Program-made: the position numbers and the translations under genes | The notes under the pieces: generated by a model | The model's database searches: none | The model's input: only the letters and a program-made list of their open reading frames with translations | Told to the model about the DNA's origin: nothing | Assembly: GCA_951812955.1 (NCBI GenBank) | Contig: OX638340.1 | Span: forward strand, 3,296,001 to 3,360,000 | Direction of reading: 5' to 3' | Source of the DNA: an uncultured Gemmatimonadota bacterium | GTDB lineage: Bacteria; JAAXHH01 | Length of the DNA: 64,000 nt | Part shown: positions 30,875-41,065 of the stretch, in pieces | Position numbering within the stretch: position 1 is the stretch's first letter | Layout of the letters: every line of letters starts with the position of its first letter

Positions 30875-32692
30875 ATGTCAACGGAACATATTCGTAACTT
30901 CTCCATCATCGCGCACATAGATCACGGTAAATCGACGCTGGCGGATCGCCTGCTGGAGATGACGGGTACCATATCTCCCCTGAAGATGCGCGCCCAGATG
31001 CTCGACAATCTGGACCTGGAACGGGAGCGGGGCATCACGATCAAGGCCCACGCGATCCGCATGTCCTACGATTCGCCGGACGGAATGACTTTCGCTCTGA
31101 ACCTGATCGACACGCCCGGCCACGTGGATTTCTCCTACGAGGTTTCCCGAAGTCTCGCCGCCTGCGAAGGAGCGCTCCTGATCGTTGACGCGGTGCAGGG
31201 TATCGAGGCGCAGACGATCAGCAATCTCTACCTGGCCCTCGAGAACGATCTGACGATCATTCCCATCATCAACAAGATCGATCTGCCCAATGCCCGGGTA
31301 GATGTGGTCACCGGTCAGATCGTGGACCTCCTCGGGGTCGAGCCAGAAGACGTCATCCTGACCAGTGCACGGGACGGTATCGGGGTCGAGCAGGTGCTTC
31401 AGGCCATCCTGGACCGCATTCCGCCCCCGGAACCGGACGACGGGCCACTGCGGGCGCTCATCTTCGATTCGGCTTTCGACCAGTACCGCGGCGCAGTGCC
31501 CTACGTGCGCGTCATGAGCGGCGAAATACGGCCGGGCATGGACATTGAGATGTGCTCCAACGGCAAGCGGTTCGAGGTGGCGGAGACCGGCGTGCTCCGG
31601 TTCGACAAGGCTCCGGTTGACGTGCTCACGGCGGGCGAGGTCGGCTATCTGATCGGGAACATCCGGAATGTGGCGGACGCCAGCGTGGGCGATACCGTCA
31701 CCGACGCCGCGCGGCCCTGCGACGAACCTCTTCCCGGTTACCGGGAGGCCAAGTCCATGGTGTTCAGCGGGCTCTACCCTGTGATGTCGGAAGACTACGA
31801 ACCGCTCAAGGAAGCCCTCGAGAAGTACCGGCTGAACGACGCCGCCCTGATATACGAACCCGAAACTTCGATCGCGCTCGGATTCGGGTTTCGATGCGGA
31901 TTCCTGGGATTGCTGCACATGGAGGTCGTGCAGGAGCGCCTCGAGCGGGAGTACGGACTCACGATCCTGGCCACCATGCCCAGTGTCGAATACCGGATCA
32001 CGACCACCTCGGGCGAGGAACTCATGGTGGACAACCCGGCCGACATGCCCGACGCATCGCTCATCGACAGCGTGGAGGAGCCGTTTATCCAGGCCCAGAT
32101 CGTGGTACCGCAGGACTATATCGGCAACATCATGAAACTGACCCGTGACCGCCGGGGTGTATACAAGGCCATGGAATACCTCGACCCGACCCGGGTCGCC
32201 CTGCAGTACGAACTGCCGCTGTCGGAGATCGTATTCGATTTCTACGACCGGCTGAAATCGATCAGTCGCGGGTATGCTTCCTTCGACTACGACTTCCTCG
32301 AATACCGCGCCTCCCCGCTGGTCAGACTGAACCTGCTGCTCAACGGGGACCTGGTGGACGCCCTGTCGATCATCATCCACAAGGACAAGGCCTATGAATG
32401 GGGCCGTGAGCTTTGCCAGCGGCTGCGCAAGATCATACCGCGGCAGATGTTCGAGGTCGCCGTCCAGGCCGCCATCGGAGGCAGGGTCATCGCTCGGGAG
32501 TCGATCCGTCCCCTGCGCAAGAACGTCACGGCCAAGTGTTACGGCGGCGACGTCACCCGTAAGCGCAAACTGCTGGAGAGACAGAAGGAAGGCAAACGGC
32601 GCATGAAGCAGGTCGGAAACGTCGAGCTGCCGCAGGAAGCCTTCCTGGCCGTGCTCGATATCCGGGGCGAAGGTGCGGCGGTAGGTGGCTGA
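30875..32692 (+). CDS. lepA: Elongation factor 4 (LepA)
   Basis: [34 protein letters not shown]; 605 aa from the internal ATG. Confidence 0.95.
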   Translation: MSTEHIRNFSIIAHIDHGKSTLADRLLEMTGTISPLKMRAQMLDNLDLERERGITIKAHAIRMSYDSPDGMTFALNLIDTPGHVDFSYEVSRSLAACEGALLIVDAVQGIEAQTISNLYLALENDLTIIPIINKIDLPNARVDVVTGQIVDLLGVEPEDVILTSARDGIGVEQVLQAILDRIPPPEPDDGPLRALIFDSAFDQYRGAVPYVRVMSGEIRPGMDIEMCSNGKRFEVAETGVLRFDKAPVDVLTAGEVGYLIGNIRNVADASVGDTVTDAARPCDEPLPGYREAKSMVFSGLYPVMSEDYEPLKEALEKYRLNDAALIYEPETSIALGFGFRCGFLGLLHMEVVQERLEREYGLTILATMPSVEYRITTTSGEELMVDNPADMPDASLIDSVEEPFIQAQIVVPQDYIGNIMKLTRDRRGVYKAMEYLDPTRVALQYELPLSEIVFDFYDRLKSISRGYASFDYDFLEYRASPLVRLNLLLNGDLVDALSIIIHKDKAYEWGRELCQRLRKIIPRQMFEVAVQAAIGGRVIARESIRPLRKNVTAKCYGGDVTRKRKLLERQKEGKRRMKQVGNVELPQEAFLAVLDIRGEGAAVGG

Positions 32693-32747
32693 CACCCGGT
32701 ACCGCGCATCATTCAGGTTTAATCTTAACGCAAGAGGATAGGGAATC

Positions 32748-33455
32748 TTGGCGAAAGAAAAGTCCCTGCTTAGAGAGTACCTGGAAATTGTGCTGTTCAC
32801 GGTGCTCCTCTTTCTCTTCATCAGGGCGGAGGTCGTCCAGGCCTTTCGAATCCCGTCGGAGTCCATGGAAGCCACCCTGCAGGTGGGAGATTTCCTGTTG
32901 GTCAACAAGTTCATCTACGGACCCGGCGTTCCATTCACCGATTTACGCATGCCCGCCTGGCGCGATCCGGAACCCGGCGATATCCTGGTATTTCCCTATC
33001 CCCGCAACCCGGCGCAGATGTTCATCAAGCGGTGTATCGCCGTCGCCGGCCAGAAGGTCGAGATCCGGGACAAGCAGGTATACGTGGACGACGCGCTGGT
33101 GGAGAATCCGCCGCACGTCAAGTTCGATGACCCGTCGGTCAGGGCGGCGACCCGCAGCACGCGGGACAACTGGGGACCCAAGATCGTACCCGCGGGATCC
33201 CTGTTCGTCATGGGCGACAACCGGGACTACAGCTCGGACAGCCGGTACTGGGGTTTCGTGGAAATGAAGGACGTCGTCGGAAACGCCTTCATCATCTACT
33301 GGTCCTGGGAACGTCACCGGGAAGACCCCGAACTGGTCTGGCAGTCGTCCAGACCCCTGGAGAGCGTTGCCTCCATAGTCTACGTACTGGGTTACAACAT
33401 CGTGCATGTCCCCTGGCGCGTGCGCTGGAATCGCGTCGGAAGATTCGTCATGTAG
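32748..33455 (+). CDS. lepB: Signal peptidase I
   Basis: SESMEATL catalytic Ser box, KRCIAVAGQ Lys box, GDNRDYSSDSRYWGFV. Confidence 0.9.
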   Translation: MAKEKSLLREYLEIVLFTVLLFLFIRAEVVQAFRIPSESMEATLQVGDFLLVNKFIYGPGVPFTDLRMPAWRDPEPGDILVFPYPRNPAQMFIKRCIAVAGQKVEIRDKQVYVDDALVENPPHVKFDDPSVRAATRSTRDNWGPKIVPAGSLFVMGDNRDYSSDSRYWGFVEMKDVVGNAFIIYWSWERHREDPELVWQSSRPLESVASIVYVLGYNIVHVPWRVRWNRVGRFVM

Positions 33456-33472
33456 ATCGGGACTCAAACACT

Positions 33473-34606
33473 TTGGCCGGTCTTTACATCCACATCCCCT
33501 TCTGTACCCGCGCCTGTCCATATTGCGATTTTTCCTTCGAGCTGCTGAAAGACGGACGGGTGGACGGTTTGCTGGCGGCCGTGGAGAAAGAAGCCGGGCG
33601 CCGTGGCCGGGAAGCGCCCTGGTCCGACCACGTCATCAACACGATCTTCCTGGGCGGAGGCACCCCCACCTGCCTTACGGATCCTCAGTTGGAACGGGTC
33701 TTCGGGATGATCCACGATCGTTTTCGCATCGATCCCGACGCCGAAATCACCGTAGAAGCCAATCCCGAAACCATCAGAGTCTCCAAGCTGCAGCGGCTTC
33801 GAGGTCTGGGTGTCAACAGGATCAGCATCGGCGTCCAGTCCTTCTCCGATGAAATCCTGCGACGTCTCGGACGAAGTCACACGGCGGACCAGGCCGCCCG
33901 CGCGATCGCCCATGCCCGTGAAACCGGTTTTGATCATATCAACATCGATCTCATGTTCGGCGCGCCTGGACAAATGCCGTCGGAATGGGCGGAAACGCTG
34001 GATCACGCGGTGGACCACGATCCGGATCACGTGTCGATCTACGGGTTGACGATAGAGCCGGGAACGGAATTCGCCCGGCTGGAGGAAGAGGGCCTGCTCG
34101 ACCTGCCGGACGATGACCGGCACGTCGGTTGTTATTTCCAGGCCCTGGACCGGCTGACCGGTGCGGGTTACCGGCATTACGAAGTTTCCAACCTGTCTAA
34201 ACCCGGCGCCGAATGCAGGCATAACGTATCTTGCTGGAACGGCGGCGACTACCTGGGACTGGGTCCGTCGGCCCATACACACTCGGGTGGAAGGAGAACG
34301 GCCAACACCCGCGACCTCGCCGGATACCTGACGGCCATGGAGGAACGGGGGGAGGCCGTTGACATGGATGAAACGCTCTCGGTGGATGAGCGTATACACG
34401 AGTATATCCTGCTGAGCCTGCGCTCCATCGAGGGCATGGACACCCTGGCCTTCCGCGACCGCTATGGCGACGATGCCATGGGGAGGCGGGAACCGGCGAT
34501 TCGAACGCTCGCCGCCGAGGGGTTGCTGTCGGAGCGCGGATCGCGGCTGTGCCTGACTCGAAAAGGGCTGGCCCTGGCGGACAGCGTCTGCGCATATCTC
34601 ATGTAG
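33473..34606 (+). CDS. hemW: Radical SAM HemW/HemN-like protein
   Basis: CTRACPYCDF radical-SAM cysteine triad; conserved position downstream of lepA. Confidence 0.85.
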   Translation: MAGLYIHIPFCTRACPYCDFSFELLKDGRVDGLLAAVEKEAGRRGREAPWSDHVINTIFLGGGTPTCLTDPQLERVFGMIHDRFRIDPDAEITVEANPETIRVSKLQRLRGLGVNRISIGVQSFSDEILRRLGRSHTADQAARAIAHARETGFDHINIDLMFGAPGQMPSEWAETLDHAVDHDPDHVSIYGLTIEPGTEFARLEEEGLLDLPDDDRHVGCYFQALDRLTGAGYRHYEVSNLSKPGAECRHNVSCWNGGDYLGLGPSAHTHSGGRRTANTRDLAGYLTAMEERGEAVDMDETLSVDERIHEYILLSLRSIEGMDTLAFRDRYGDDAMGRREPAIRTLAAEGLLSERGSRLCLTRKGLALADSVCAYLM

Positions 34607-34648
34607 CGTGATGGCAAGATCGAAATGGAGACAGAAAGTGAAGACGCC

Positions 34649-35737
34649 ATGAAGAAGATCAGGGTAGGGATACTGTGCGGAGGCAGGTCTGCGGAACACC
34701 AGGTCTCGCTCCAGTCGGCACGCAACATCGTGGACGCTATCGACCGGAATCGCTACGAGGTAGTCCTGATCGGAATCGACCGCGCCGGTCAGTGGCACCT
34801 GGGCGATACGGCGGAATTCCTCCTCAACGCCCACGATCCGAAACTGATCGCCTTGAATCGCCTGAGCGAGACCGTGGCCCTGGCTCCGGGCGCGGACAGC
34901 GATCAGGTGACGACGAGGACGTCCAATCGTCCTGCCGGAAACATCGACGTCATATTCCCCGTTCTCCATGGACCGTTCGGCGAGGACGGCACGGTACAGG
35001 GACTGCTCAAACTGGCCAATCTGCCCTTTGTCGGATCGGGCGTCCTGGGTTCGGCGGTAGCCATGGACAAGGACGTGATGAAGCGTCTGCTTCGCGATGC
35101 CGGCATCGCCACACCCCGTTTTCTGACCTTTACGTTATCCGGCAGGGACCGGATCGATTTCGAAGCCGTGCGAGACCGGCTGGGCATCCCGTGTTTCATA
35201 AAACCCGCCAACCTGGGTTCATCCGTCGGCATCACCAAGGCGCACGATGCCGGAGAATTCGAAGCAGGCGTCCGGGAAGCCTTTCGGTACGACCGGAAAA
35301 TCCTGGTAGAGGAGTATGTGCGCGGCCGCGAGATCGAATGCGCGGTGCTGGGGAATGACCATCCCGAAGCTTCCGGCCTGGGTGAAGTCCGGTCCAACCA
35401 CGCATTCTATTCCTACGAGGCGAAGTACATCGACGAGCACGGCGCCGAGCTCGTTATACCTGCCGCGCTGCCGCCAGAACTGACGGAGAAAATCCGCGCG
35501 ACCGCCGTGGAAGCCCACCAGGTCGTGGCCTGCGAGGGCATGTCCCGGGTCGATTTCTTCCTGAGGGAAGACGGCGAGATCCTGGTCAACGAGCTCAACA
35601 CGATACCGGGTTTTACCCGGATCAGCATGTTCCCCAAGCTCTGGGAGGTCGCCGGGATCTCATACGGCGACCTGGTCGACCGGTTGATTCAGCTCGCGTT
35701 GGAACGGTTCGATGAAGAGAAATCGCTTGAAACATGA
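34649..35737 (+). CDS. ddl: D-alanine--D-alanine ligase
   Basis: MKKIRVGILCGGRSAEHQVS ... ATP-grasp; the alternative upstream ATG at 34625 is in frame. Confidence 0.9.
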   Translation: MKKIRVGILCGGRSAEHQVSLQSARNIVDAIDRNRYEVVLIGIDRAGQWHLGDTAEFLLNAHDPKLIALNRLSETVALAPGADSDQVTTRTSNRPAGNIDVIFPVLHGPFGEDGTVQGLLKLANLPFVGSGVLGSAVAMDKDVMKRLLRDAGIATPRFLTFTLSGRDRIDFEAVRDRLGIPCFIKPANLGSSVGITKAHDAGEFEAGVREAFRYDRKILVEEYVRGREIECAVLGNDHPEASGLGEVRSNHAFYSYEAKYIDEHGAELVIPAALPPELTEKIRATAVEAHQVVACEGMSRVDFFLREDGEILVNELNTIPGFTRISMFPKLWEVAGISYGDLVDRLIQLALERFDEEKSLET

Positions 35738-35850
35738 CCGGAGCAGGTGACGGCATGACTGGAGCAGGTGGCGGTCTGACCGAAGCAGGTGGCGGTTTGA
35801 CCGGGAGCGCGGGTTACGGAGCAGGTGACGTCCTGACCGGAAGCGAAGGG
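35737..35850. repeat. 21-bp tandem repeat x5 (accggagcaggtgacggcatg-like)
   Basis: Begins at the ddl stop codon and runs to about 90 bp before tRNA-Gly. Confidence 0.75.
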
Positions 35851-35939
35851 TCGCGGGCCGGACCCTATTTCGCTTGACAGGACGCGGTGCGTCTGGTTAG
35901 AATCAGACGGGCAGTGGCCATTATAGACCGAGCCCACCC

Positions 35940-36012
35940 GCGGGAATAGCTCAGTTGGTAGAGCATCAGCTTCCCAAGCTGAGGGTCGCGGGTTCGAGCC
36001 CCGTTTCCCGCC
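35940..36012 (+). tRNA. tRNA-Gly (anticodon CCC)
   Basis: Manual cloverleaf: acceptor GCGGGAA/TTCCCGC, D-arm GCTC-AGTTGGTA-GAGC, anticodon loop TTCCCAA, T-arm GCGGG-TTCGAGC-CCCGT. No encoded CCA. Confidence 0.85.
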
Positions 36013-36052
36013 TGTCCGCCCTGTGGTCCGTCCATTCGCAGGGCCTTTTCAT

Positions 36053-36682
36053 ATGAGGGAGGTACCCGTGCGCCGATCGGCGGTCTGTCTGGGTCTGGTC
36101 ATCGCGGCACTGGTGTTCGCCCGATGCGGGGTGAGCACCATGCAGTATTCCGATTCGCTCGATACGCCCGAGGCCGAGTATGCGAAGGCGCTGAGTCTGT
36201 TGGAATCCGGCGCCCTTGACGAGGCGGAAGCGGCTTTGCGCAGGACGATGCAGCTCGATGACGGCTTCGCGCCGGCCTACGTGGGGATGAGCCGCCTGTT
36301 CTTCGAACGGGGCGACGTGAAGGAGGCCATCCGGTACGTGCACATGGCCAGGGTTCGGGACGTCGATTACGTGCCCTGCTGGCTGATGGCCGCCCGCCTG
36401 TACGATGCCGCCGGCCGGTACGAAGCGGCGGTGGTCGAATACCGGGAAGCGATTTCCAGGGACCGGAACCGGCTATGGGCGGTCGAGAGCTATTTCGATC
36501 TGGGCCGAACCCTGGAGAAGCTGGATAGACTGGAAGAAGCCCACGACGCCTACATGGAGACGATCGCCCTCGACCCCCTTCATCTGGAAGCCCGGTCCTC
36601 GGTCACGCGAATCTGGAAGACGCTCGGTCCCGAATTCCTGATGCGGCTGCGATACGAGAACCGGGATATCATTCTGCCTTGA
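36053..36682 (+). CDS. TPR-repeat lipoprotein
   Basis: Lipobox VFARC, TPR helices; start chosen at MREVPV because the ORF-track start abuts the tRNA. Confidence 0.65.
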   Translation: MREVPVRRSAVCLGLVIAALVFARCGVSTMQYSDSLDTPEAEYAKALSLLESGALDEAEAALRRTMQLDDGFAPAYVGMSRLFFERGDVKEAIRYVHMARVRDVDYVPCWLMAARLYDAAGRYEAAVVEYREAISRDRNRLWAVESYFDLGRTLEKLDRLEEAHDAYMETIALDPLHLEARSSVTRIWKTLGPEFLMRLRYENRDIILP

Positions 36683-36686
36683 CGGG

Positions 36687-37502
36687 TCAGTATAATTCCC
36701 CAATCATGCCCTGGATGAACTTCACCGACCACGTCAGGGCCTCGCGTCTCTCCGTTTCGTCGTCCCCCGTGATACCGCATTCATAGGCCAGGTACCCGTC
36801 GAAACCGATGTCCTTGAGGGCCGAAAGCCCCGCCCTCCAGTCGATGTCCCCCGAACCCGGCTCCTGGCGCGTATTGTCGGCCATGTGAACGTGGCCCACG
36901 TACCGCCGTCCCGCTCTTCGCAGCGTGGCGGGCGTGTCCGTCTCCTCGATGTGCATGTGGAAGAAGTCGCACAGCAGGCTGGCCGACGGCGGATCGCCGG
37001 CCCGCTTGATGATCTCGATACCCCGCTCCTGCTGCCTGAGCAGGTGCTCCTCATAGCGGTTCAACGGTTCCAGCAGCACTTTCGTGTTCTGCTCCTCGGC
37101 GCATTCCGCCAGATCCCGGACGATCTCCGTCAATAGCTGCATTTCCAGGGTGATGGCGTCGGCCAGCGGCGTGAGGTCCGGGAGTCGAGGCGGTCCGAAT
37201 ATGGGCGGCAGGATCAGGCCCACGGCGCCGAAATGCCCGCACACCCGCAGATTTTCCTTCGCCTCGGCGATGCTGTGGTTCCGCTTGTCGATGTCTGGAT
37301 CCAGGAAGTCGAAAGTGCCCTGGCCGCACAGCGAGACCAGCCGTATGCCGCGATTGCGGAGCGCGGACTCGAGTTCATCGATCCGCCGGGCCGGACCTCG
37401 TCCGGAGATCTCGAGGCCCTCGACGTTCAGGGACTCGGCGAAATCGAGTTTTTCGTCCAGCGTGCCGCCCGGTAGCAGGCCTTCCTGCAGCGCGATTTTC
37501 AT
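36687..37502 (-). CDS. Sugar phosphate isomerase/epimerase (xylose-isomerase-like TIM barrel)
   Basis: AP-endonuclease-2 / TIM-barrel motifs (LEPLNRYE, HVHMAD); start MKIALQE with an AAGGAGA RBS. Confidence 0.75.
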   Translation of the reverse strand: MKIALQEGLLPGGTLDEKLDFAESLNVEGLEISGRGPARRIDELESALRNRGIRLVSLCGQGTFDFLDPDIDKRNHSIAEAKENLRVCGHFGAVGLILPPIFGPPRLPDLTPLADAITLEMQLLTEIVRDLAECAEEQNTKVLLEPLNRYEEHLLRQQERGIEIIKRAGDPPSASLLCDFFHMHIEETDTPATLRRAGRRYVGHVHMADNTRQEPGSGDIDWRAGLSALKDIGFDGYLAYECGITGDDETERREALTWSVKFIQGMIGELY

Positions 37503-37521
37503 TTCGTCTCCTTGGTATGGA

Positions 37522-38202
37522 TCAGACAGCGTCGGCAATCCGTTTCGAAGTCGCCCAGACCGTCGATGAATCGGGCACATCCGCGTTTCGGTAGGTGGGG
37601 ATGAAGGACCAGCGTTCACGGCCGGACCGGTTCGGATGGGAACTGTGCAGCAGCCTGTCGTGAAATACCAACGCGTCCCCGCGTTGCATTACCACGTCCA
37701 TCATCTGTTCGTCCCCCAGATCATCGTCCGAGATGCGGTTATTGAATCCCCGGGCGTCCCGCACGGACGCATGGTCCCACTTCCGGAGGTGGGAGCCGGG
37801 AATGACTCGCAGGCACCCGTTCTCCGGCGTTGCGTCTTCGAGCGCGATCCACGCGGACATCTTGGTCGCGCCGCCCCAGTAGGCCTCGTCCTGGTGCCAG
37901 GGCGAGGCAAAGTGGACCCTGGGAGACTTGTAAACGGGCTTTGCACTGAGGAACTCGATGCGGGAACCGATCAGCGGCCGGAGGATGTCCGCCATCCGGG
38001 GATCGCAGGAAATCGATTCGAAAAGGGGCGGGATAGTGTCGCACATCCAGACATGTACGCCCGACGACCCCGATGTGTTTTCGACCAGCTCTTTTGCCGC
38101 GGCCTTGCAGGCCATCATTTCTTCCGCAGTGAAAACGGCTTCGGCCATGAGGAAGCCGTTCTTTGCAAAAGATGATCGGGCTTTGTCCGTTACTTTCTGC
38201 AT
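37522..38202 (-). CDS. Phytanoyl-CoA dioxygenase (PhyH) family Fe(II)/2-oxoglutarate oxygenase
   Basis: HQDEAYW (His-x-Asp), distal H in LHSSHPN, R in RxS; start MQKVTD with a GGGAGA RBS. Confidence 0.7.
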   Translation of the reverse strand: MQKVTDKARSSFAKNGFLMAEAVFTAEEMMACKAAAKELVENTSGSSGVHVWMCDTIPPLFESISCDPRMADILRPLIGSRIEFLSAKPVYKSPRVHFASPWHQDEAYWGGATKMSAWIALEDATPENGCLRVIPGSHLRKWDHASVRDARGFNNRISDDDLGDEQMMDVVMQRGDALVFHDRLLHSSHPNRSGRERWSFIPTYRNADVPDSSTVWATSKRIADAV

Positions 38203-38218
38203 TTCAGTCTCCCAGGAT

Positions 38219-39934
38219 CTAGTGCGAGTCTCTCGCCACCGGGGCGCCACTTCCGCCGACCAGGAAATCGAAGTCCACGCCCCGGTCGGCCTGGAGCACG
38301 TGGTCCACGTATAATCGGCAGTACCCCCGGTCCGTTGCCGGTTCGGGCGGTGACCAGCGGGTCCTCCTCCGGGTCAGTTCATTCTCGGGCACATCGAGCT
38401 CAAGACGACGTTCGCCCACGTCAAGCTCGATGATGTCGTCGTCCTGCACGAGGGCCAGCGTGCCGCCCGCCGCGGCTTCAGGCGCCGTGTGGAGCACGAC
38501 CGTGCCGAAGGCCGTGCCGCTCATGCGCGCGTCGGAGATGCGGACCATGTCCGTGACGCCCTGTTGAAGCAGTTTCGACGGCAGGGGCATGTTTCCCACC
38601 TCGGCCATGCCGGGATAGCCCTTCGGTCCGCAATTTTTGAGCACCAGGACGCTGCCGGCCTCCACGTCCAGATCCGGGTCGTCGATGCGGTCGTGAAGGT
38701 CTTCAATGTTCTCGAAAACCACGGCGCGGCCGCGGTGCTTCATCAGCTCGGGCGACGCTGCCGAGGGTTTGATGATGGCGCCGTCGGGACACAGGTTGCC
38801 TTTCAGCACGGCGAGTCCGCCGGTCGGGGTCAACGGCGTGGACAGCGTCCGGATCACGTCCCTGTCGTGGCAGGGCGCGTCGGCCGTGTTTTCGCCGATG
38901 GTCTTGCCGTTCACGGTCAGGGCGTCGCGATGGATCACACTGCCCAGTTCCCGGATCACGGCAGGCAACCCGCCCGCGTAGTAGAAATCCTCCATCAGGT
39001 ACCGACCCGACGGCATCAGGTTCACAATACACGGGATGTCGCAACCCAGGCGGTCCCAGTCCTGCAGGGAAAGATCGACACCGAGCCTGCCGGCGATGGC
39101 CAGCAGGTGCACGACCGAGTTGGTGGAGCCCCCGATGGCGCCGACTACCCGTATGGCGTTTTCGAGGGCCTTGCGCGTGACGATATGGGACATGCGCAGG
39201 TCCTCCCGGACCATCTCCACCACCCGCCGGCCCGCCTCGTGAGCCAGCTTCATCCGCCGTGCATCGGCCGCGGGAATAGCGGCGTTGCCGGGCATGCCCA
39301 GGCCCAGCGCTTCCACGACGCTGGCCATGGTGGAGGCCGTACCCATGGTCATACAGTGACCCGTGGACCGGTTCATGCACGATTCCGCTTCGAGGAAATC
39401 CTCCTCGCTCATCGTGCCGGCGCGCACCTCGTCGCTGAACTTGTAGACGTCCGTCCCGGACCCGATATCCCTGCCCCTGAACCGTCCGTTTAGCATGGGG
39501 CCGCCCGAGATCGCCAGGGTAGGCAGATCGCAGCTCGCAGCGCCCATGAGCAGGGCCGGGGTCGTCTTGTCGCAACCGACGAGCAATATGACTCCGTCGA
39601 GGGGATTGGCCCGGATGGTCTCCTCCACATCCATGCTGACCAGGTTCCGGAAGAGCATGGTGGTGGGCCGCATCAGGGGCTCGCCCAGGGACATGACGGG
39701 AAACTCGACCGGGAATCCCCCCGCTTCGTAAACCCCGCGGCGAACCCGCTCCGCGATGATCCGGAAATGGGCGTTGCACGGCGTCAGATCCGACCAGGTG
39801 TTGCAGATGCCGATGACTGGCCGGCCGTCGAAGACGTGATCCGGATGCCCCTGGTTCTTCATCCAGCTTCGGTGAATGAATCCCACTTTGTCTTTGGGAC
39901 CGAACCAGCGGGTGCTGCGAAGGGGTGATGACAT
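38219..39934 (-). CDS. IlvD/EDD-family dehydratase (sugar-acid dehydratase-like subgroup)
   Basis: 571 aa, CDKTTP, SGGPM and CMTMGTA Fe-S/Mg motifs. The N-terminus SPLRSTRWFGP resembles arabinonate/xylonate dehydratases more than canonical IlvD. Confidence 0.8.
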   Translation of the reverse strand: MSSPLRSTRWFGPKDKVGFIHRSWMKNQGHPDHVFDGRPVIGICNTWSDLTPCNAHFRIIAERVRRGVYEAGGFPVEFPVMSLGEPLMRPTTMLFRNLVSMDVEETIRANPLDGVILLVGCDKTTPALLMGAASCDLPTLAISGGPMLNGRFRGRDIGSGTDVYKFSDEVRAGTMSEEDFLEAESCMNRSTGHCMTMGTASTMASVVEALGLGMPGNAAIPAADARRMKLAHEAGRRVVEMVREDLRMSHIVTRKALENAIRVVGAIGGSTNSVVHLLAIAGRLGVDLSLQDWDRLGCDIPCIVNLMPSGRYLMEDFYYAGGLPAVIRELGSVIHRDALTVNGKTIGENTADAPCHDRDVIRTLSTPLTPTGGLAVLKGNLCPDGAIIKPSAASPELMKHRGRAVVFENIEDLHDRIDDPDLDVEAGSVLVLKNCGPKGYPGMAEVGNMPLPSKLLQQGVTDMVRISDARMSGTAFGTVVLHTAPEAAAGGTLALVQDDDIIELDVGERRLELDVPENELTRRRTRWSPPEPATDRGYCRLYVDHVLQADRGVDFDFLVGGSGAPVARDSH

Positions 39935-39998
39935 GTAGGCTCCTGACTTGATTCGAAAACGGCACGGCCGCGGCCTGAGACTTATCGCGACTTACGGC

Positions 39999-40640
39999 CT
40001 ACCCGGTCCGCCTGGACGCCGCCCAGGCCGCGCGAAGCGTGGAGGGAGATAGGACGAACCTGGCAGCGGGCAGAAACAGGGAAAAGGGGATTATACGGAT
40101 CTCGCCCCGTCCATCCAACTCGAATACGGCCTCGTTAAATTCGGGTTCGACTTGAAACCTCACGCGTTTCGAACCATGAAGGAACCCCACGAACGCGCAA
40201 ATGCTTCCCCAGAGGCGGCCGGTGTCACAGGGATCGTCCAGTCCGATGCGGCCCGCGACGTGCAGAGATACGATACGCACGCATCCTGTCAGGCCACGCA
40301 GCAACTTCAGCACGCCCCGCACGAATCCCCGGCTTTTCAGCAACCGGGTGAAGCGTTTCGCCGTGGAACGCGGTGCCTTAGGGGACGCTTTGCGGGGCGC
40401 CTCCTCCGTTTCGGTCCGTGGACTGTCCGGACGCCTTCGCTTCTTCCGGTCATCGCGGCGCCCGGTGACTGAAGGGGTAAAACGCAGCAGTCCGTACAAC
40501 CACCCGATGGTGATCGTGGCCGAGCATGATTCCCTTCGAACGATCGAGAAGGAAATCGTCACGGGGATGAGGAGAATAAACAGGACCGCGAGCAGTACCG
40601 CGGCGGGTACAAGTAAAACCGGTTCGAAGATCGGGGCCAC
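39999..40640 (-). CDS. DUF2953 (YtfI-like) membrane protein
   Basis: N-terminal TM, basic linker; conserved pairing with the downstream GerW/YtfJ gene. Confidence 0.5.
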   Translation of the reverse strand: MAPIFEPVLLVPAAVLLAVLFILLIPVTISFSIVRRESCSATITIGWLYGLLRFTPSVTGRRDDRKKRRRPDSPRTETEEAPRKASPKAPRSTAKRFTRLLKSRGFVRGVLKLLRGLTGCVRIVSLHVAGRIGLDDPCDTGRLWGSICAFVGFLHGSKRVRFQVEPEFNEAVFELDGRGEIRIIPFSLFLPAARFVLSPSTLRAAWAASRRTG

Positions 40641-40643
40641 GGC

Positions 40644-41000
40644 TCAGCTTTCTTTTTCCGGCCTGGATTTCCTCCACCGGTCCAGCGCCGACTTCACGAG
40701 ATCCACCACCGTGTGCGTGGCCGAGGAGAACCCGGACTGGCCCGACATGCGCTCCAGCCGGACTTCGCCGTCCCTGACCACCAGCACGGCGACCGGTTGC
40801 ACGCCTCCGCCGCCGCCGGTGCCGCCGCGTTCCCCATCTTTTCCCGATGTGCCACCCCCGCCGAAGCCGAATCCGAGTTTGACCAGGGGGATGACCGTCG
40901 TCTTCCCGACTTCGACGGGATCGCCTACGACGGACTGTGCCTTCGCCACTTCCCTGAGTTCGCCCAGCGTGGTCTTGACAAGATTCTCCAGATCAGCCAT
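40644..41000 (-). CDS. GerW/YtfJ-family protein
   Basis: 118 aa, VIPLVKLGFGFGGGG ... glycine-rich core typical of the GerW family. Confidence 0.65.
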   Translation of the reverse strand: MADLENLVKTTLGELREVAKAQSVVGDPVEVGKTTVIPLVKLGFGFGGGGTSGKDGERGGTGGGGGVQPVAVLVVRDGEVRLERMSGQSGFSSATHTVVDLVKSALDRWRKSRPEKES

Positions 41001-41065
41001 GCAAATTCTCCATTTTGGTTATCGGACCGTAATTCCGGTTGCCGAACGAGTTACGAAATACCCGG

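Noticed and set aside
30878-32914. 678-aa ORF antisense to lepA/lepB
   Set aside because: The sense strand encodes canonical EF4 G-domain motifs. The antisense frame is a GC-composition artefact.
33464-34969. 501-aa ORF antisense to hemW/ddl
   Set aside because: The radical-SAM CxxxCxxC and ATP-grasp motifs are on the + strand.
38703-39965. 420-aa alternative-frame ORF inside the IlvD/EDD gene
   Set aside because: It is Arg/Pro/Gly-rich. The other frame has CDKTTP, SGGPM and CMTMG dehydratase motifs.
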